From positions 50,344,001-50,408,000 of the forward strand of contig OX597836.1 of NCBI GenBank assembly GCA_951406725.2: DNA of 64,000 nt, given 5' to 3'. Made by a program: the position numbers and the translations under genes. The notes under the pieces were generated by a model. That model saw nothing but the letters and a program-made list of their open reading frames with translations, had not been told where the DNA came from and did no database searches. Every line of letters begins with the position of its first letter. The stretch's first letter is position 1. Source of the stretch: Octopus vulgaris (taxonomy: Eukaryota). Positions 38,005 to 52,079 of the stretch are shown here, piece after piece.

Positions 38005-39440
38005 GTGAGTTGAACCACTTTCATTCCTTTCAATTTCCTACGAAGGTTCCAACCGAAAATCTTAGAATTCGTTTGTTCCATCTCTTGCCAGTATTGAGTG
38101 CTACTGACTTTTTAAATTCTAGTGTTTAACAAATTTCTTTTACTTGTTTCAGTCATGAGACTGTGGCCAGGCTGGAACACTGCCTTAAGAAATTTTGTTA
38201 AACGAATCTACCCCACTACTTAATTATTTTAATGTCTGCTACTTATTCTATCAGTCTCTTTTGCCAAACCACTAAGTTACAGGACATAAACACACACACA
38301 ACAGGCTTCTTTCAGTTTCTGTATACCAAGTCCACTTACAAGGCTTTGATTGACCCAGGTGCCCCCCAAAATTTGGTTTTCAAATGTTTTACCATTAAGA
38401 TTATATAAACACCAATTTGCAACGAGTTTATTCTCTTCAAGTTGATGTTTGTCAGGTTTTATAGAATTTACATAAAAATCTCAGAAATGAAATTCTTTAT
38501 GCAATTAACCAATGTTTGTAATTCCTGGTCTTGTGGACCTTCTGTTTCTGTCTCAAACTGGTCCTTAAAATGTTTGACACCATCTACATCAGGATCAGCT
38601 ACTTTTTGTGATGGTCCTTTGGGTGTGTGTGTGTGGGGGGGGTTTAAATATTAGTCCCATGGTCCAAATGTAGATTACAGCCCACTCACACCTTAAAATC
38701 CTCCCCCACCATTTCCTACATGGCCAGCTGCAGCAACAGTTTCGCAGCCAGTCTGACTTGGTTCCATGTTTTTCTTAATTGTTTTGGGTGTCTCTTATGT
38801 AGCTAAAGGTCGACGCTGATGCCCTCTTGCCCTCCGTAGCCCCTCATTCGTGATCCAGTGGTACATCCAGGATCTGACTGCTGGTGAGCTAAGAGCTGCC
38901 CCAGCACTTGGCTGTTCCATATTTATAGCTGTGTAGATTGAAGCAATGTGGAATGGAGTGCCTTGCTCAAGGACTCAATGCACTGCTTTGTCCAGGGATT
39001 GAACTTATGAACCTTTCCATTCATGAGCCGAACACCCCAACCACTACATCTCACCCTTTTCAATGTGTAGGGAAAGAATGAAGCTTATGTCTATGCAAAA
39101 ACCACCAACTGCCCAGTGGCCAACAAATGCATGAAATTTTTCACACCTGTAATGACCCTCACCTTACAACACCTCAGTGACCCACCTCATTGCTCACCTC
39201 TGACCAACAACAACAAATGTTTCTTCTTAAATTTATTGGTTTTGACTTGTTTCTTCCTTATTTATTTATTTATTTATTTACTTCAGTTTTGTAGTTTTGG
39301 CTTTTGTTTGTTTTGTTTTCTTTTTCATAGAATTGTGTAATTTTATGAAAAGAAATATTTTTTTTCTTTTTTTGTAAATTCACGAAGTTGAGTTGTTTGT
39401 ATTTTCTTCTTTCATTGCATTTTTTTTTTTATTTCAACAG

Positions 39441-40011
39441 AAATTTGGCATCTGGAGATGCAGCTCAAGTGAGAAACCATCAACGGAATTCTTTACTGGA
39501 TTATTCAGACTTCATTTTAGACAAGTTGCCATACAGCCTGGATGATTCTCAATCTATCTCCAACCATAATTTAAGCAGTTCCAATCCAGTGAATGTCACA
39601 CCAAAATGCCAGTCGTACAGTTCTTTGGGTGCATCGAACCGTTCTCCATGCAGTTCTGCCTCAGCACCATCAGGGCTCAACTCTGAAGAATCCAGTAAAG
39701 TCTGTCCCTCTTCAAGTCTTTTCCAAAGACTAGATTCTAGTAAAATTTTGGACTCTGGTAAGATCTTCTCCTCCAAAGCTTTGCGCCATCATTTTTCTCA
39801 GCGGAGACGGTCGGATCCAGTTTGCTCAATGAATGACCTCTGCAATCTTGCCGCTTCGTCCTTACACAGCTGTGGTGAACTCTGCCATAAAACACACTTT
39901 GTCAGCCTCAACTCTTTGAATCGGTCGCTTTGTTTGCAGGACCCGCTGGAACCTCAATTCCAGTCACAGACTAACTCTTTACATGATTTCATTGATCCTT
40001 TTGACCTTTAA
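39441..40011 (+). CDS. SSX2IP: SSX2IP homologue, terminal coding exon 13 (Ser-rich tail)
   Basis: ttcaacag|a NLASGDAAQVRNHQ...HDFIDPFDL TAA. Total CDS 2109 nt = 702 aa; AATAAA at 40650 and 40662. Confidence 0.8.
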
Positions 40012-43000
40012 AGGTCATCTGCAGTCATCACTATCATCATCATCATCATCAAATGTTTTGTTTGTTTGTGTTTAAAAATCTATTTTTGTTCCTTCTTGTT
40101 TAAAATTGAAATTTCTGCTGTGATCATTACAATTTGTAAATACTTATTTATCAAGAACTTTTGAATTTTTTCTTTTTTTTTTTCTAGTTTTCCAAATTTT
40201 TCAGAAAAAATTATTTTAAGAATTTTCTTAAATTTCCATTTAACTTTGTTCCTGTTATTAAAAAAAAAAAAAAAAATTTCTCTCTCTCCCGTCCGAAACA
40301 AAAACCTTTTTGAAATTCTCTGTAAATAGTCCTCCATTTTGTAAATCAAAGCTGTTGGCTGTCTTACTCCCCTCTAACTGCATAATATGAATTTAAAAAA
40401 ACCATATTCTTTGCTTCTTTTAAGTTTCTGTTCCCCTTCCAATTCTGATGGATTTCTTTATTTCTTCTCTCCTTGGTCATCTTTCATTTCCCCTCCTACT
40501 TTCTTCCTTCACTCCCACTACTTCCCTCTTCACTTCATTACCCCCCCACACACACACACACACAGAGTCTCTGTGTCCAAGAGACTCTCTCTCTCTCTCA
40601 TCAACTGGTTGTCCTTTTAATTTCCCCTAACAATCATTTCATTCCAAGCAATAAACACAGGAATAAAAGTTTTGTTACTGAAAAAAATCTTTCTTGTTTT
40701 CTCTCTCTCTCTCTCTCTCTCTCTCCCTCCATGTCCCACAGACATCTCAAACAATTTTACTCTTTCATATTGTACAACATATGAGGATCCCACAGGGAAT
40801 CCCTCTCTGCCAAAAGCATCCCTAACACTCTCTTACAATTTAGAGATGAGAACCTTTTTTTTATGTCCAGTTTAACAAAGGGAACTAAAAATTCATTTTG
40901 ATAATTTTATTTACTTAGAAAGGTTTTCGTCTTTAAGTCATCAGCTGAGGGGACAGCTGTCTTCTACCAACAAAACTTTCTTCTATTTTGCTCTGAAAGA
41001 ATCTTCATACCACAAATTGTCCTTTATTTTTTTTAGAAAGGAACCATTTTCTTTGTATCTTTAGTGCTTTTGAATAAGAGGCTAACATCGGGAGCCTCAA
41101 AGAGACCAAGTCTCCATAACTGGCAGGTAATTCTTCATCTTTGATATGGTCACCATTGGATTGGAATATTTGAATTGCATAATTGTTAATTACATTCAAT
41201 TAACATTTTTAATTTCCTTAATGGATTCAGAAATTATTTTTTAGTTTTGGTGGAAATGAGTTGGAGGTTTTGGTGGAAATGAGTTGGAGGTTTGATAAAT
41301 TTTCTTTCACCATATTGATCTCTCCTTTAAGTTTTGCTTAAATCAAATAACCAAACTTAGTCATTAACCATTTCAGGATCCCTAAAATAACAGCTCAGTT
41401 TGCTTTTCAGACATTATTCTCTCCTCTAAAATATATCAAGGAGCATTTCTCTTTTTGCTTGATCAACATTAACTTTTCTCTGTTTTATGTCCTAAAAAGG
41501 AACAGGTCTAATACTAAAATATTTAGCAGAAATGTAACCAGATTAAAAATTTCACATTTCCATTGGAACTTGAGTTTTTAAAAAATGTGAATTATGGATC
41601 TGTTTTGTAATATTTCTTTCACACATAACAGGAATCCACCAACTTTAGAAGTTTATCTGGAAGAATGCTTTTTGAGATGTCTAGCTATTCCTGTCGATTT
41701 GTAATGATATAGGGGGCTATTCCAGGCCCTTAACCATGCAAGTTATGAGGTGATCATTGCTATTGCTGACACCATAAGAAAAGCACCCAGTCCCTTCTGT
41801 AAAGTGGCTGCCATACCAAAGAAGACCCTAGTACACAATGCATTGAATGGTTTGGAGAGAGAGAGAGAATTTAGCCAAGACGGTTCTATTTATGGAGTTA
41901 CTAAAGAATTGGTACCTACCAGATTACCATACCATTTAAGGCTGGGGTTTTGCTGGCAATGTTTGTTTCCTGACTTTTCTTTAATTGCAGATTTTGTGAG
42001 GTCTCAACCAAAGAAGGCTCCAGCAGGGCTCTTTAATCCTTTTGTCATCAACTTGTCTGAAGTGATCCAAACTGAAACCCTGCCATCAAAATTCCAGGTT
42101 CCAAATAACCTGTTTAATAATTACATTTCTTTTACTCTTTCTTTTTTTCAAACTCAGCTGAAATGGAGGCTGTGGATTTCCACAGAAATATGGCAAGAAT
42201 AAGGGCGTACAAAGTCTTGAAAGAGGTGTGGTCAAGCTGGTTTGATCCATGGACTGAGCAGTATGTGGTGCCCTTGGCCAAAGCACTACATTTGGCTCCA
42301 ATCCATTCACCTAAAGACCCTTCGCAGTCTATTAACCCCAAACCTTCCATACCACAATGTGTCGGCCACTTTGCTTACAGTAATACATTCTATGAGCATA
42401 TTGAATCTGATGGTATTATCTCATTGTTTATTCTGTTAATCAAATTCAGCTCTGATTAAGCAGGCATCAAAAGATCTTCCAAGTATGACCCCCCCCCTCC
42501 TTTATCTACACCTACATCCAATAAGTTTTCTCTTTTTCTTATTAAACAGGATACGATTTGTGAGCAAGATTTGGCTGCTATCTCTGACATTACCCTCCTT
42601 TGCTGCTGTGAGAGAATGGTCAGCAATTGTTGGAGTTGGTCTCAATTCTTTTATTGTAGGAGTTTTTTTTTTTACATTCCTGTTTATGAAATATGTGTAT
42701 TCATCATTTAACATCCATTTTCCATGCTGGCATGGGATGGCTGGTTTGACCACAGTTGGTAAGGCCAGGGGCTGCACCAGACTCCATGGTTTCTATGGCT
42801 GGATGCCCTTCCTAGCACCAACTACTCCACAGGGTGTACAGGATGCTTTTTATGTGACACCAGCACCTGTATCAATTCTGCTGTGGTGGTCTTTCAGAGT
42901 ACAACAAAGCCCCAGATATCTCAGCCCTTTGTCATCTCCTTCATAAGGCTCAATGTCTTGAGATTGGCCTTCAATACTCCGTCCCATGTCTTTCTCTGTT

Positions 43001-45607
43001 GATATAAAATGAAGCTATTTATGAATATCAGGATTCAGTTTTCACATCTGCTTTTTCTATGCTGGTATGGGTTGACTGAGACTTGGGTAGTGTATGGTCA
43101 GGTGGTTAGGGTTCCACTTATGATCATAAGCCTGTGGTTTTGATTTCTGAGTCAGGTGGTGGTGTTTTGTTGAGCAAAATACTTCATTTCACATTGCTCC
43201 AGTCCACTGAGCAGTAAATGCATTTCACCAATAACTGGGAAGTTAATTTTGCAATGGAATGGTGTCCTATCCATGGGGCTATAGTAATCTCGTTCACTTT
43301 TACACAATGGAAACCAGGTTAAACTCCAGTCTTTTGAGTCCTTGTTAGATGCCAACCCTCACTTGATTTCAAGTTGGGTACTGAATTCCAGAGGCCTACA
43401 AATGACAAACCACTCGATTGGATGTTTGTAGGAGACATTACAAAGACAAACGTGGTTTTAGGTTCAATTCCATTGCAACACCTTGGACAAATGTGTTCTG
43501 CAGTAGCCTCAGGGCTGATAAAAAGGCTTGTGTCAATATGGTAAACAGGAAACTGAAAGAAGCTTTGTGTGTGTGTGTGTGTGTGCGCGCCTATATATAT
43601 ATATATATATATATACATATACACATACAAATCTCATTTAACATCCACCTTTCCGTGCTTGCATGGGTTGGATGCAGTTTGAGGCACATTTATTTTCTAT
43701 AACTAGATGTCTTTCCTGCTGTATCCCTGGTCAGCCCAAAGCTATAGAAGACACTTGTTCAAAATGCTATACATGGGACTGAACCTGGAACCACCTGGTT
43801 ACAAAGTGGGCTTTTTTTTTTCCTTACATAGCAGCTTTTCCTCATCAGTGACCTTTAAGAAGATACCTTTTCATCTTGCTAAAGACTGTGTTATAAAGAT
43901 GGAGGTGATAGTTTTGTTTTCATGAAAGATTTGAGGGAGATTTGGCTATTTTTTTTAGCAAGTTGTTGCTTAATCTTATGGTCCAAAATGCTGTTACTGG
44001 GACTCCAATCATAGTAGGCTGTGATTTGAGGGTGATTTGGCTACTATTAATAACAGGTCAAACTGCATCAGGATTACTCTGTTGATAATTGAGTAAAGGC
44101 TGTTTAATTAGTTAATTGAAGGTTTAAGAATTGCTACAAAATGTGGGGACTTCATTTTCCCCAGACATTTCAAGGTGGACTTCAATCTTTTGTTTTTTGT
44201 CTGTTATTCCAAAGGGTTAGACAAATATACTGATGAGGCAGTGTTCTACAGCTGGGAGCCTTTCCTGTCACTCATCTTTCAAGAGATCTTATTTCACATG
44301 TCTTGCAAAACCCACAAAACATTTGTCAGTAGGGAAATGACCTCCACTGCTTTTATCTCACAATTCAGAGAAGTGCAAACATTTATTATAAGGGTTTTTT
44401 TCCCTTCCTCTACTAAATCCACTCAAGGTTGTAATAGAAGACCCATGCCCCAGTGAGACTGAGCCTGTAATCCTGTGGTTGGGAAGCAACTGTCTTAACC
44501 ACAAAACCATGTCTCCATCCACAAAAACAAGCTGATGGATGGAAAAATTAAAACAAGCAAAAATTAGGATTTTTTTTTTTTCTTTTTTACTCCAAAACAA
44601 CCCTAGACATTAATAATGTAACCTTTTTTGGTAGAGAGGAGCAATTTTTCACATCCTTTTAAAAATAAGATGACATTTTGTGGCAGAGGGACTGGTCCTG
44701 CCAACAAATAGCATTTATATTTTCTGATCTGTTAGCAATGTCTATGAGCAGAAGAATTGGTTTGAAAACAGAAATGCGATGCCCCATCACAGTGACAAAC
44801 ATTAACAGATTAATGTCTTCAGATTCCAATCACTGAGAAAATGGCAAAGGTGGAATGAGACATTGGAACATGGCCTTTTGAACATTGTGTTTTGATAACA
44901 ATAGGCACTACAGGCAAACGTGTACACTCCGGTGCCCAAGTGCAAAGAGGGGGGGTTACAGATACGGTCTTGGACACACACCAACTTGATTCAGCAACAC
45001 CAAAACATCTCTTATGCTGGTTAAAGAAATGGGAAGACGATTAGATTTCAAGACTGACACAATCTCCTTTGCCAATTATTTTGCTTTCCCCCCCACCCCT
45101 TCAGCTTTAATTTCATCTTATTTCTGGGAGTTTTTAGTTTAACAAATTGTAAAACAGAATGATTTACGTGCTATGACAGCTGTCATGTGACATCATTCAT
45201 GGAGAAAACAGACAATTCAGAATGTTCTGCAGAAAATTGGTCAAATGAAGGAGACGCCTATCAATTGAGAAATGGCTAAATTTAACATATGTCTTCGTCC
45301 CCCTCCCATGCTTTCATGGGTCAGATGGAATTGAGGCAGTTTTTCTCCAAGCTGATGCCCTTCTGGCTGCCAAACTGCATCTATTTTTTTTTTTACAGGA
45401 TTAGAATAATGGTGATACTTGCTCACAATTATCACATAATGTCAACCCTAACCCAAAACATGCACTAGCTTTGACACCTGAATAAACCCACTTAAACTAC
45501 AAGTTCAGAGTAGCAATTAAGCTGAAGCATCAGCTCTGAGCAGGTGTGTGTGTTTATTATATCAAAAGCTGACAGTTTGAACCCAGGTTTGGCTGTTCAG
45601 AACTTAC

Positions 45608-46410
45608 ATCATCATCGTTTAGCATCCGCTTTCCATGCTAGCATGGGTTGGACGGTTCAACTGGGGTCTGGGAAGCCAGAAGGCTGCACCAGGCCCAGTC
45701 TGATCTGGCAATGTTTCTACGGCTGGATGCCCTTCCTAACGCCAACCACTCTGTAAGTGTAGTGGGTGCTTTTTACATGCCACCGGCACAGGTGCCAGAT
45801 GAGGCTGGCAAACGGCCACGATCGGATGGTGCTTTTTACGTGCCACCGGCATGGGGGCCAGGCGAGGCTGGCAACGGCCACATTCGGATGGTTCTCTTAC
45901 GTGCCACCGGCACTGGTATCACAGCTATAATTTCCATTGATGTTGATCGATTTCGATTCTCACTTTCCTCAACAGGTTTTCACAAGTAGAGTTTTGTGTC
46001 CCCAGAAGCAAAGGTATGCATAAGTGGACTGGCTACATCCCAGGTAGAGGCCACGGGTTATGGTCTCACTTGTCCTGCCGGGTCTTCTCATGCACAGCAT
46101 ACTTCCAAAGGTCTCGGTCTCTAGTCATTTCCTCAGTGAGACCTAAAGTTCGAAGGTCGTGCTTCACCACAACTGATGCTTCTTAGGTTCAACTTTTCTC
46201 TCAAGGTACTTACTGTCAAGTATGAACACTGACATTACACATCCATCGGAGCATACTGGCTTCATTTCTTGCGAGCTTACCCATGTCCTCAGCAGTCATG
46301 GCCCATGTTTCACTGCCATGTAGCATGGCTGTACGTACACATGCATCATACAGTCTGCCTTTTACTCTGAGTGAGAGGCCTTTTGTCACCAGCAGGGGTA
46401 AGAGCTCTCT
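45608..46410 (-). mobile_element. RTE-clade LINE 3' end (ORF end, 3' UTR and (ATG)n tail), internally deleted
   Basis: RELLPLLVTKGLSLRVKGRLYDACVRTAMLHGSETW...MLRWMC and VVKHDLRTLGLTEEMTRDRDLWKYAVHEKTRQDK*, followed by the same tail as 4445-4945. Confidence 0.85.
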
Positions 46411-48319
46411 GAACTTTCATTATCATTATTTAGCACCAGTTTTTCCATGCTGTTTGAATGGAACTGGTAAGCCAGTGACCTGCACCTGGTTCCAGTGTTG
46501 ATTTTGACTTGGTTTCTATGGCTAAATGGCCTTCTTCATGCCAACCACTTTATAAAGTGCATGGGATGCCTCTTACATGGCACTGGCCCTGGTACCTTTG
46601 GCACAATCACCACAACTCCACTAAACTTGACATGTCTTCTCAGACACAGCAAACGGCCAAGGCTTGGTCACTTAATGCCATGAAACTCTACATCCAAAGT
46701 GGTGAAAAAGATCTTCGAATGTCAAATCCCATGGAAGCAACGACAAGTGACGTCTGTTGGTGATTTGCTGTGCTTCAGAAGACATATCAGACCATATGAA
46801 GTATTACCTCAGGCAAATTTACTGCTGCATTCATTCTATCACGATGTATTTACATTAAGTATGGTATACAAATGCCTGTTTTAATCTAATATTACTTCTG
46901 TTGCATACAACATGATATAAAGACTACTAATTATACATTATTATAAAGCATAGACAATTTTATTCCTTATGTTTTTATTTCATATTTGGTCAGCAATGTT
47001 GTCGTAATTTTTCAGTAAAAATAAATCAACTAAAACTGGAACAAATAGGATTGGAATAATTCTAATTTACACATCAAGGCCAGCAATTTGAGGAGAGGGG
47101 GGGACAAGTTGATTATTTCAACCCCACTACTTGACTGGTGCCTTGTTTTATCTGACTCCAAAAGGATGAAAGGCAAAGTGGGCCTTCATAGGATTTGAAC
47201 TCAGAACAAATACCACAAGGTATTTTATTTGACTTAACGATTCAGCCAATCTGCTGCCTTAACTGGGAGGATAATTATTTCTACTTTTGGGAAAAGGCCA
47301 CAAATTTGGGGACAGAGACCCAGCAAAGGAATTAACTCCAGTACTTGATTGATACTTTATAATCCTCTGAAGGAAGAAAACCACATTTGACCCGAGTGGG
47401 ATTTTGAACTCAGAATGTAAAGGGATGTGATTAAATATCACAATACTCTACCAACCCACAGTTGTTAATAATCCTTGCTACTAAAGGCACAAGGCCTATT
47501 TGACTGGTCCTTTATTTTATCAAGGATGAAAGGCAAAGTTAACCTCACTGAGATTTGAACTCGGAATATAAAGAGCCAGAAATAATGGTTTCAAACAAGC
47601 ATTCAGCCAGGTATTGCAGGGAGGCAGGAATGATTACATCAAATTTCCAAAATGGGACAAGTTTTTCATTTGATTAAGGAGAGGGGGTGAGTAATATTTT
47701 TGTCTTTTTGCCAGGAATCAAAACCAACTTATTTTGGTGACGTGAGAACCCACCTCTTCCTTTACAACACACATCTCTAAAAAATAAAATCTGCTTCTAT
47801 ACCCCCCCCCACTCGCCCAAGCAAAAAGAAACATACTGAAACAATAAATCTGCATTGAATAGATTTTTTTGTTTGTTTTCCCTGCTTTAAACAGCAATGA
47901 GTTGCATTGAAAATGTTTAAATTGTAGTCAAACAATGGCTTAATCTCACTAGAGCAAGGAATGGAACCCATTCGTCAACCAGGCATACTGAGGCTGATAG
48001 CATCAGGACATGATAAATTCTTTTTAGTAACAAATCAAAGAGAAAAATAATCAGTTTGTCAGCCAGGCACACTAAAGCCAACAATATTACTGACTATATT
48101 TATACAAAGCATGGAGGATTACTTCACAGGTGATTTAAATGACTAGGTAAGCGCTGTAACAGATTGTTAGGGCTCCAAGGTTATAGCCGAAGCGGTAGTT
48201 CTGGAGCCATTGCAGATTTCCTATATGGCGGATATATAATTGTTTAAGAGGACAACAAATGTTAAGGCAAGGCAAACATCTCCAGTCCTATACATTATTA
48301 TTACTGGAAAGAATTCAAA

Positions 48320-48575
48320 GTCTTACAGCTGTTTCTAGGATATTCCATCACTGGAGATGAGAAAGACATAGATTAATGAAATGATGACGTAGAGGAATAA
48401 GGAGAAGAAAAAAGACGCATAAAAGTTCACAGTTCAACTTTCTGATCTTATAGGATTTACGCAGGATTGCACCTAAGTCCAGGTGCAATCCTTTGTTGTC
48501 ATTTCATTAATCTATATCCTTCTCTATTTCCCTATTTGTCTCTGATGATGGGATATCCCAGAAACAGATGTTTGC
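48320..48575. mobile_element. fold-back Penelope-like remnant with two opposite-strand hammerhead motifs
   Basis: On +: gtct-CTGATGA(48542)-tggg atat ccca-GAAA-cagatg. On -: ctccagtga-tgga atat ccta-GAAA-cagctg-TA-agac. Shared arm tcatttcattaatctat; central 12-bp hairpin 48463-48492. Confidence 0.6.
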
Positions 48576-49835
48576 TTTGCCTTAACGTTTGACCTCTTTC
48601 ACAATTATAGATATATAAAATAATAGTTAAATAGCTGTTGTAGGAGTTGAACACATATAAACATGTGGACATCATATCTTTTCCTTGTTTCAGTCGTTGT
48701 ATAGAGGCCATGCTGGGGCACAACTTTGAACGGTTTAGTTGAACAAATCACCACCACCCCCCGTACTAATTCTAGCAGCCCCTTTTGCTGAACCACAAAA
48801 TTACAGGGATGTAAATAAACCAACCCCAGTTGTCTAGCACTGTAGAGTGAGGGGAACAAATACACACATATGGGCTTCCACGCAGTTTCCATCCATCAAA
48901 TTAACTCACAAAGTACTGATTAGTCCAGGCGATAGTAAAAGACACTTGTTCGAGATGTTACAGAGTGGGACTGAACCTGAGACCACAGTGCCACAAAGTT
49001 ACATTTATACAGACATTCATGTATAAAATGTTGAGAAGAGAAAATATTTCAAATGGCATCAGTTTTGCTTGAAGAGAGAGAGAGAGAGAGAAAAAGAAAA
49101 CAAAGCAGTGATTATTGCTAACTTCGTGTTTAAATATATATCTTGCATGTGATGATCATCATTTTAATGAGGCAGAATTTCTTTGACCAGATTCTGTTTC
49201 TCTTTCCCAGTCTCACCTGTTGGGGTTACAGGTAATAGTTTCCGGATTCCTTCAAACACAATTTTTTTCACAATGTTTGCAAACAAACGACACCATTCGT
49301 GCAACAGTTATGTTTGCCCACAATCAGTTTCAGTTAACAGACTACGGCCATGCTGGAGCACTGCCTTGAATGAATCGACTGAAGAACTTAGATACGAGAG
49401 GAAAGAAGAAAAAAAACAAGCATTAGTTGATTTGACATTTTAAATAACTTTCAGATGGTTTTAATGAATACATATGAATGAAAGAAGGAAGGAAGGATGG
49501 AAGGAAAAAAAGAAAACTGTGGCATGGAGGAGACTTAAGCAGCCAGGTGTTTTGTTTGGGGGAGAATGATAAAAATGATGAAGGGATGATAAGAAAAAGG
49601 GACACCCAGAGAAAAGATTAAAAAAAAAAAAAGAATTAAAGGTGGAGATGGTTAAAATGCCAAAGTAAAAAAGAAAATGACATCTGATTTGCAAATATTG
49701 TTGAGAGGGTGGGAGTGGGGCTGGTATTATTTCACAGGTTAAAAAAATTTTTTTTTTTTAAACCCACCCCCACCCCATTCCTAAGCAGCAGCTGAATGTT
49801 TTTAAATGGACCTTAACGAGAAGTGTTGGAAGATT

Positions 49836-49900
49836 TCACTGGTTAGCTGATTCACAAGCATCAATCCAGTCGCTGTAGACATCGACTGGTTCTGACAAAT
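49836..49900 (-). CDS. ELOF1: ELOF1 coding exon 3
   Basis: ttctcag|(Y)LSEPVDVYSDWIDACESANQ TGA. Confidence 0.96.
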
Positions 49901-51299
49901 CTGAGAACAGAAAAGAAAAATAATATTAATTTGGGATGAACAGAATTGTTGGAATAAGCAGAGGCAAATAACAAAGACCAGAGCTTAAATGATACACAAC
50001 CATCCTCATTTGTTAACACTGGTCTTCCATGGTGAGAAGCCAGAGAACTGCACCAGACTCCAATTGTCTATGTTGGCATGGCTTCTACAGATGGATGCCC
50101 TTCCAGATGCCAACCACTTTACACTTTTCATGTAGGACTAATACTGAATGTTGGAGGAATGGCTGCGCTCAATGCGTGACAATGTTACGATTCAACTCAT
50201 TGTTTGTTAATCACATTAAACGTCCACCGTTGCATGATGACACGCAACAGTGGGAGAGTCTGAGGCGGGCACATCAATAAGGAGAGATTGAACATGGTAC
50301 TCGTTGATTTCAGCATGTTTTAGCATTTGGCAATAGATGATGTGACAAGCATTCAGCTTCATTATGCATACTGCACTGATGAGATACATCTTAGATAGTG
50401 TGACACCGTGTGTTACTGAAACATGTGTAACAGATGAAATAAAGGGGTACCAACTTGAAGCCCATGCTCTTTTCTCTTTCTCTCTCTCATCTATACACAT
50501 GCATACCATCATCATCATCATCACTATGACCCCCTTTCCATGGTTGCACGGCTCAGGAGTTTATCAAAGCAGGTTTTTCTATGGCTGGATGCTCTTCCTG
50601 TTGCCAACCCTCACCTGTTTCCAAATAAGGTTGTATTTTCTCATTGCCGGACAGGTTTCCACAGAATATTGGAAATGAATGACAGGGACACTCGCGTACG
50701 ACTGTCACATGATGTCAAGGCAAGATGACATGAACACAAACATATATAGTCAAATATATAAGGAAAGGCTTCTTCTGATTTCCATCCAGCAAATTCACTA
50801 AAGGCTTTAATCGGCCTAGAGCCGTAGTTGAAGACACTTACCCTGAATGCCACAGAGTGGAATTGAACCTAAACCCATAGGGTTAGAAAGCAAACCACAC
50901 AGCCACGTTTGTATCTACACACACACACACACACACACACTCACACACACACTCGTGTGTGTATCACTGAAACAGTTATTTAAGAGAAATAACTGAGTGT
51001 TGTCAGTGGTATTTGAACATCAAAGACGAGGAATAATGATGTATTAAATACTATAGAAGATAAATTCTTGATAGAATAAATCCACTTTTAGAGAAAGTTA
51101 ATTATTTGGTGGCAATGGAGGCAAAATCCTCAGAACCAGGAACTCTTCAAATTTAACATGGCATTAAGGAAAAGATTGTCTGGAGACAAGAGGACGTCAG
51201 GAGACATGTTTCTGCCTCAATAAATGTCATCAACACAGCAGTTGTCTTAACCTTGTTTCCAGCCGAATGAAATGTTTAGTGTAGATGATTGGTTTGGTG

Positions 51300-51600
51300 G
51301 TTTGTGAGGAGTGTACAAGGCCCTGTGAGGGAATGATGTCAGCAAGGAGTCCAGTTTGAGAAAGGAGCTACAGCATATATCGAGGGGCCCAATTATTATA
51401 TACTCACACAGAGTTATACAGATTGGTGTCCTTCAGGGTTCAGTTTCCAATTCCCCATTGTTTATAACAGTTCCTCAAACCATAACAGAAGAGTTGGATA
51501 ATGGCTGTCTACAGCAGACCCCAATGTACTGGCAATGTAGTTCTTGTAACTAAATTAATCAAAGTATTAGAAGGATGTTCCAAACCTGGAAGGACGGTCA
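51300..51600 (+). mobile_element. decayed RTE RT fragment
   Basis: IGVLQGSVSNSPLFITVPQTITEELDNGC resembles GV.QGSVLSPLLFI.V...ITEE. Confidence 0.55.
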
Positions 51601-52079
51601 AGAAGCGATACTCGAATCTCCCCCTGCCTCACACCTCATTTTCATGCTTTGTTCTGTTGTCACATCATTCATGAGGTTCAGTTCTTCATGAGTATTTCTT
51701 CAGGTTCTTCCTTCCTCATGGTTTTCACCTCACAAGTCAACATAAACACAGCCTCCTCTCTTACACATTAAACCTGATTTTCTCTCATAACCAGTTTTCC
51801 TTTCAGTTCATTCGCTTTTCATTTTGCCTTGGCACTAACATCGGACATCTGCTGCAGCATGGTCACCTCATTTCTTTCTAGCCCTTGTCTCTCCTCCTCA
51901 CTCAAAACCCATTTATCCTTACCCTGCAATATTCACCAGTAATTAATATAGACTGATCTACTTCTTTGAGTGGGCTTCTTGGAATTTATGTTTTTCTTAA
52001 AAAATGATAAATATATATATACACACACACACACATGCTTGCTCGCTTAAGACAGCCCATCTTGACAGCTGACGATGTT

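Noticed and set aside
41005-42459. ORFs of 64-150 aa between the two genes
   Set aside because: No recognisable domain or consistent splice structure; probably decayed TE sequence, family not assignable by eye.
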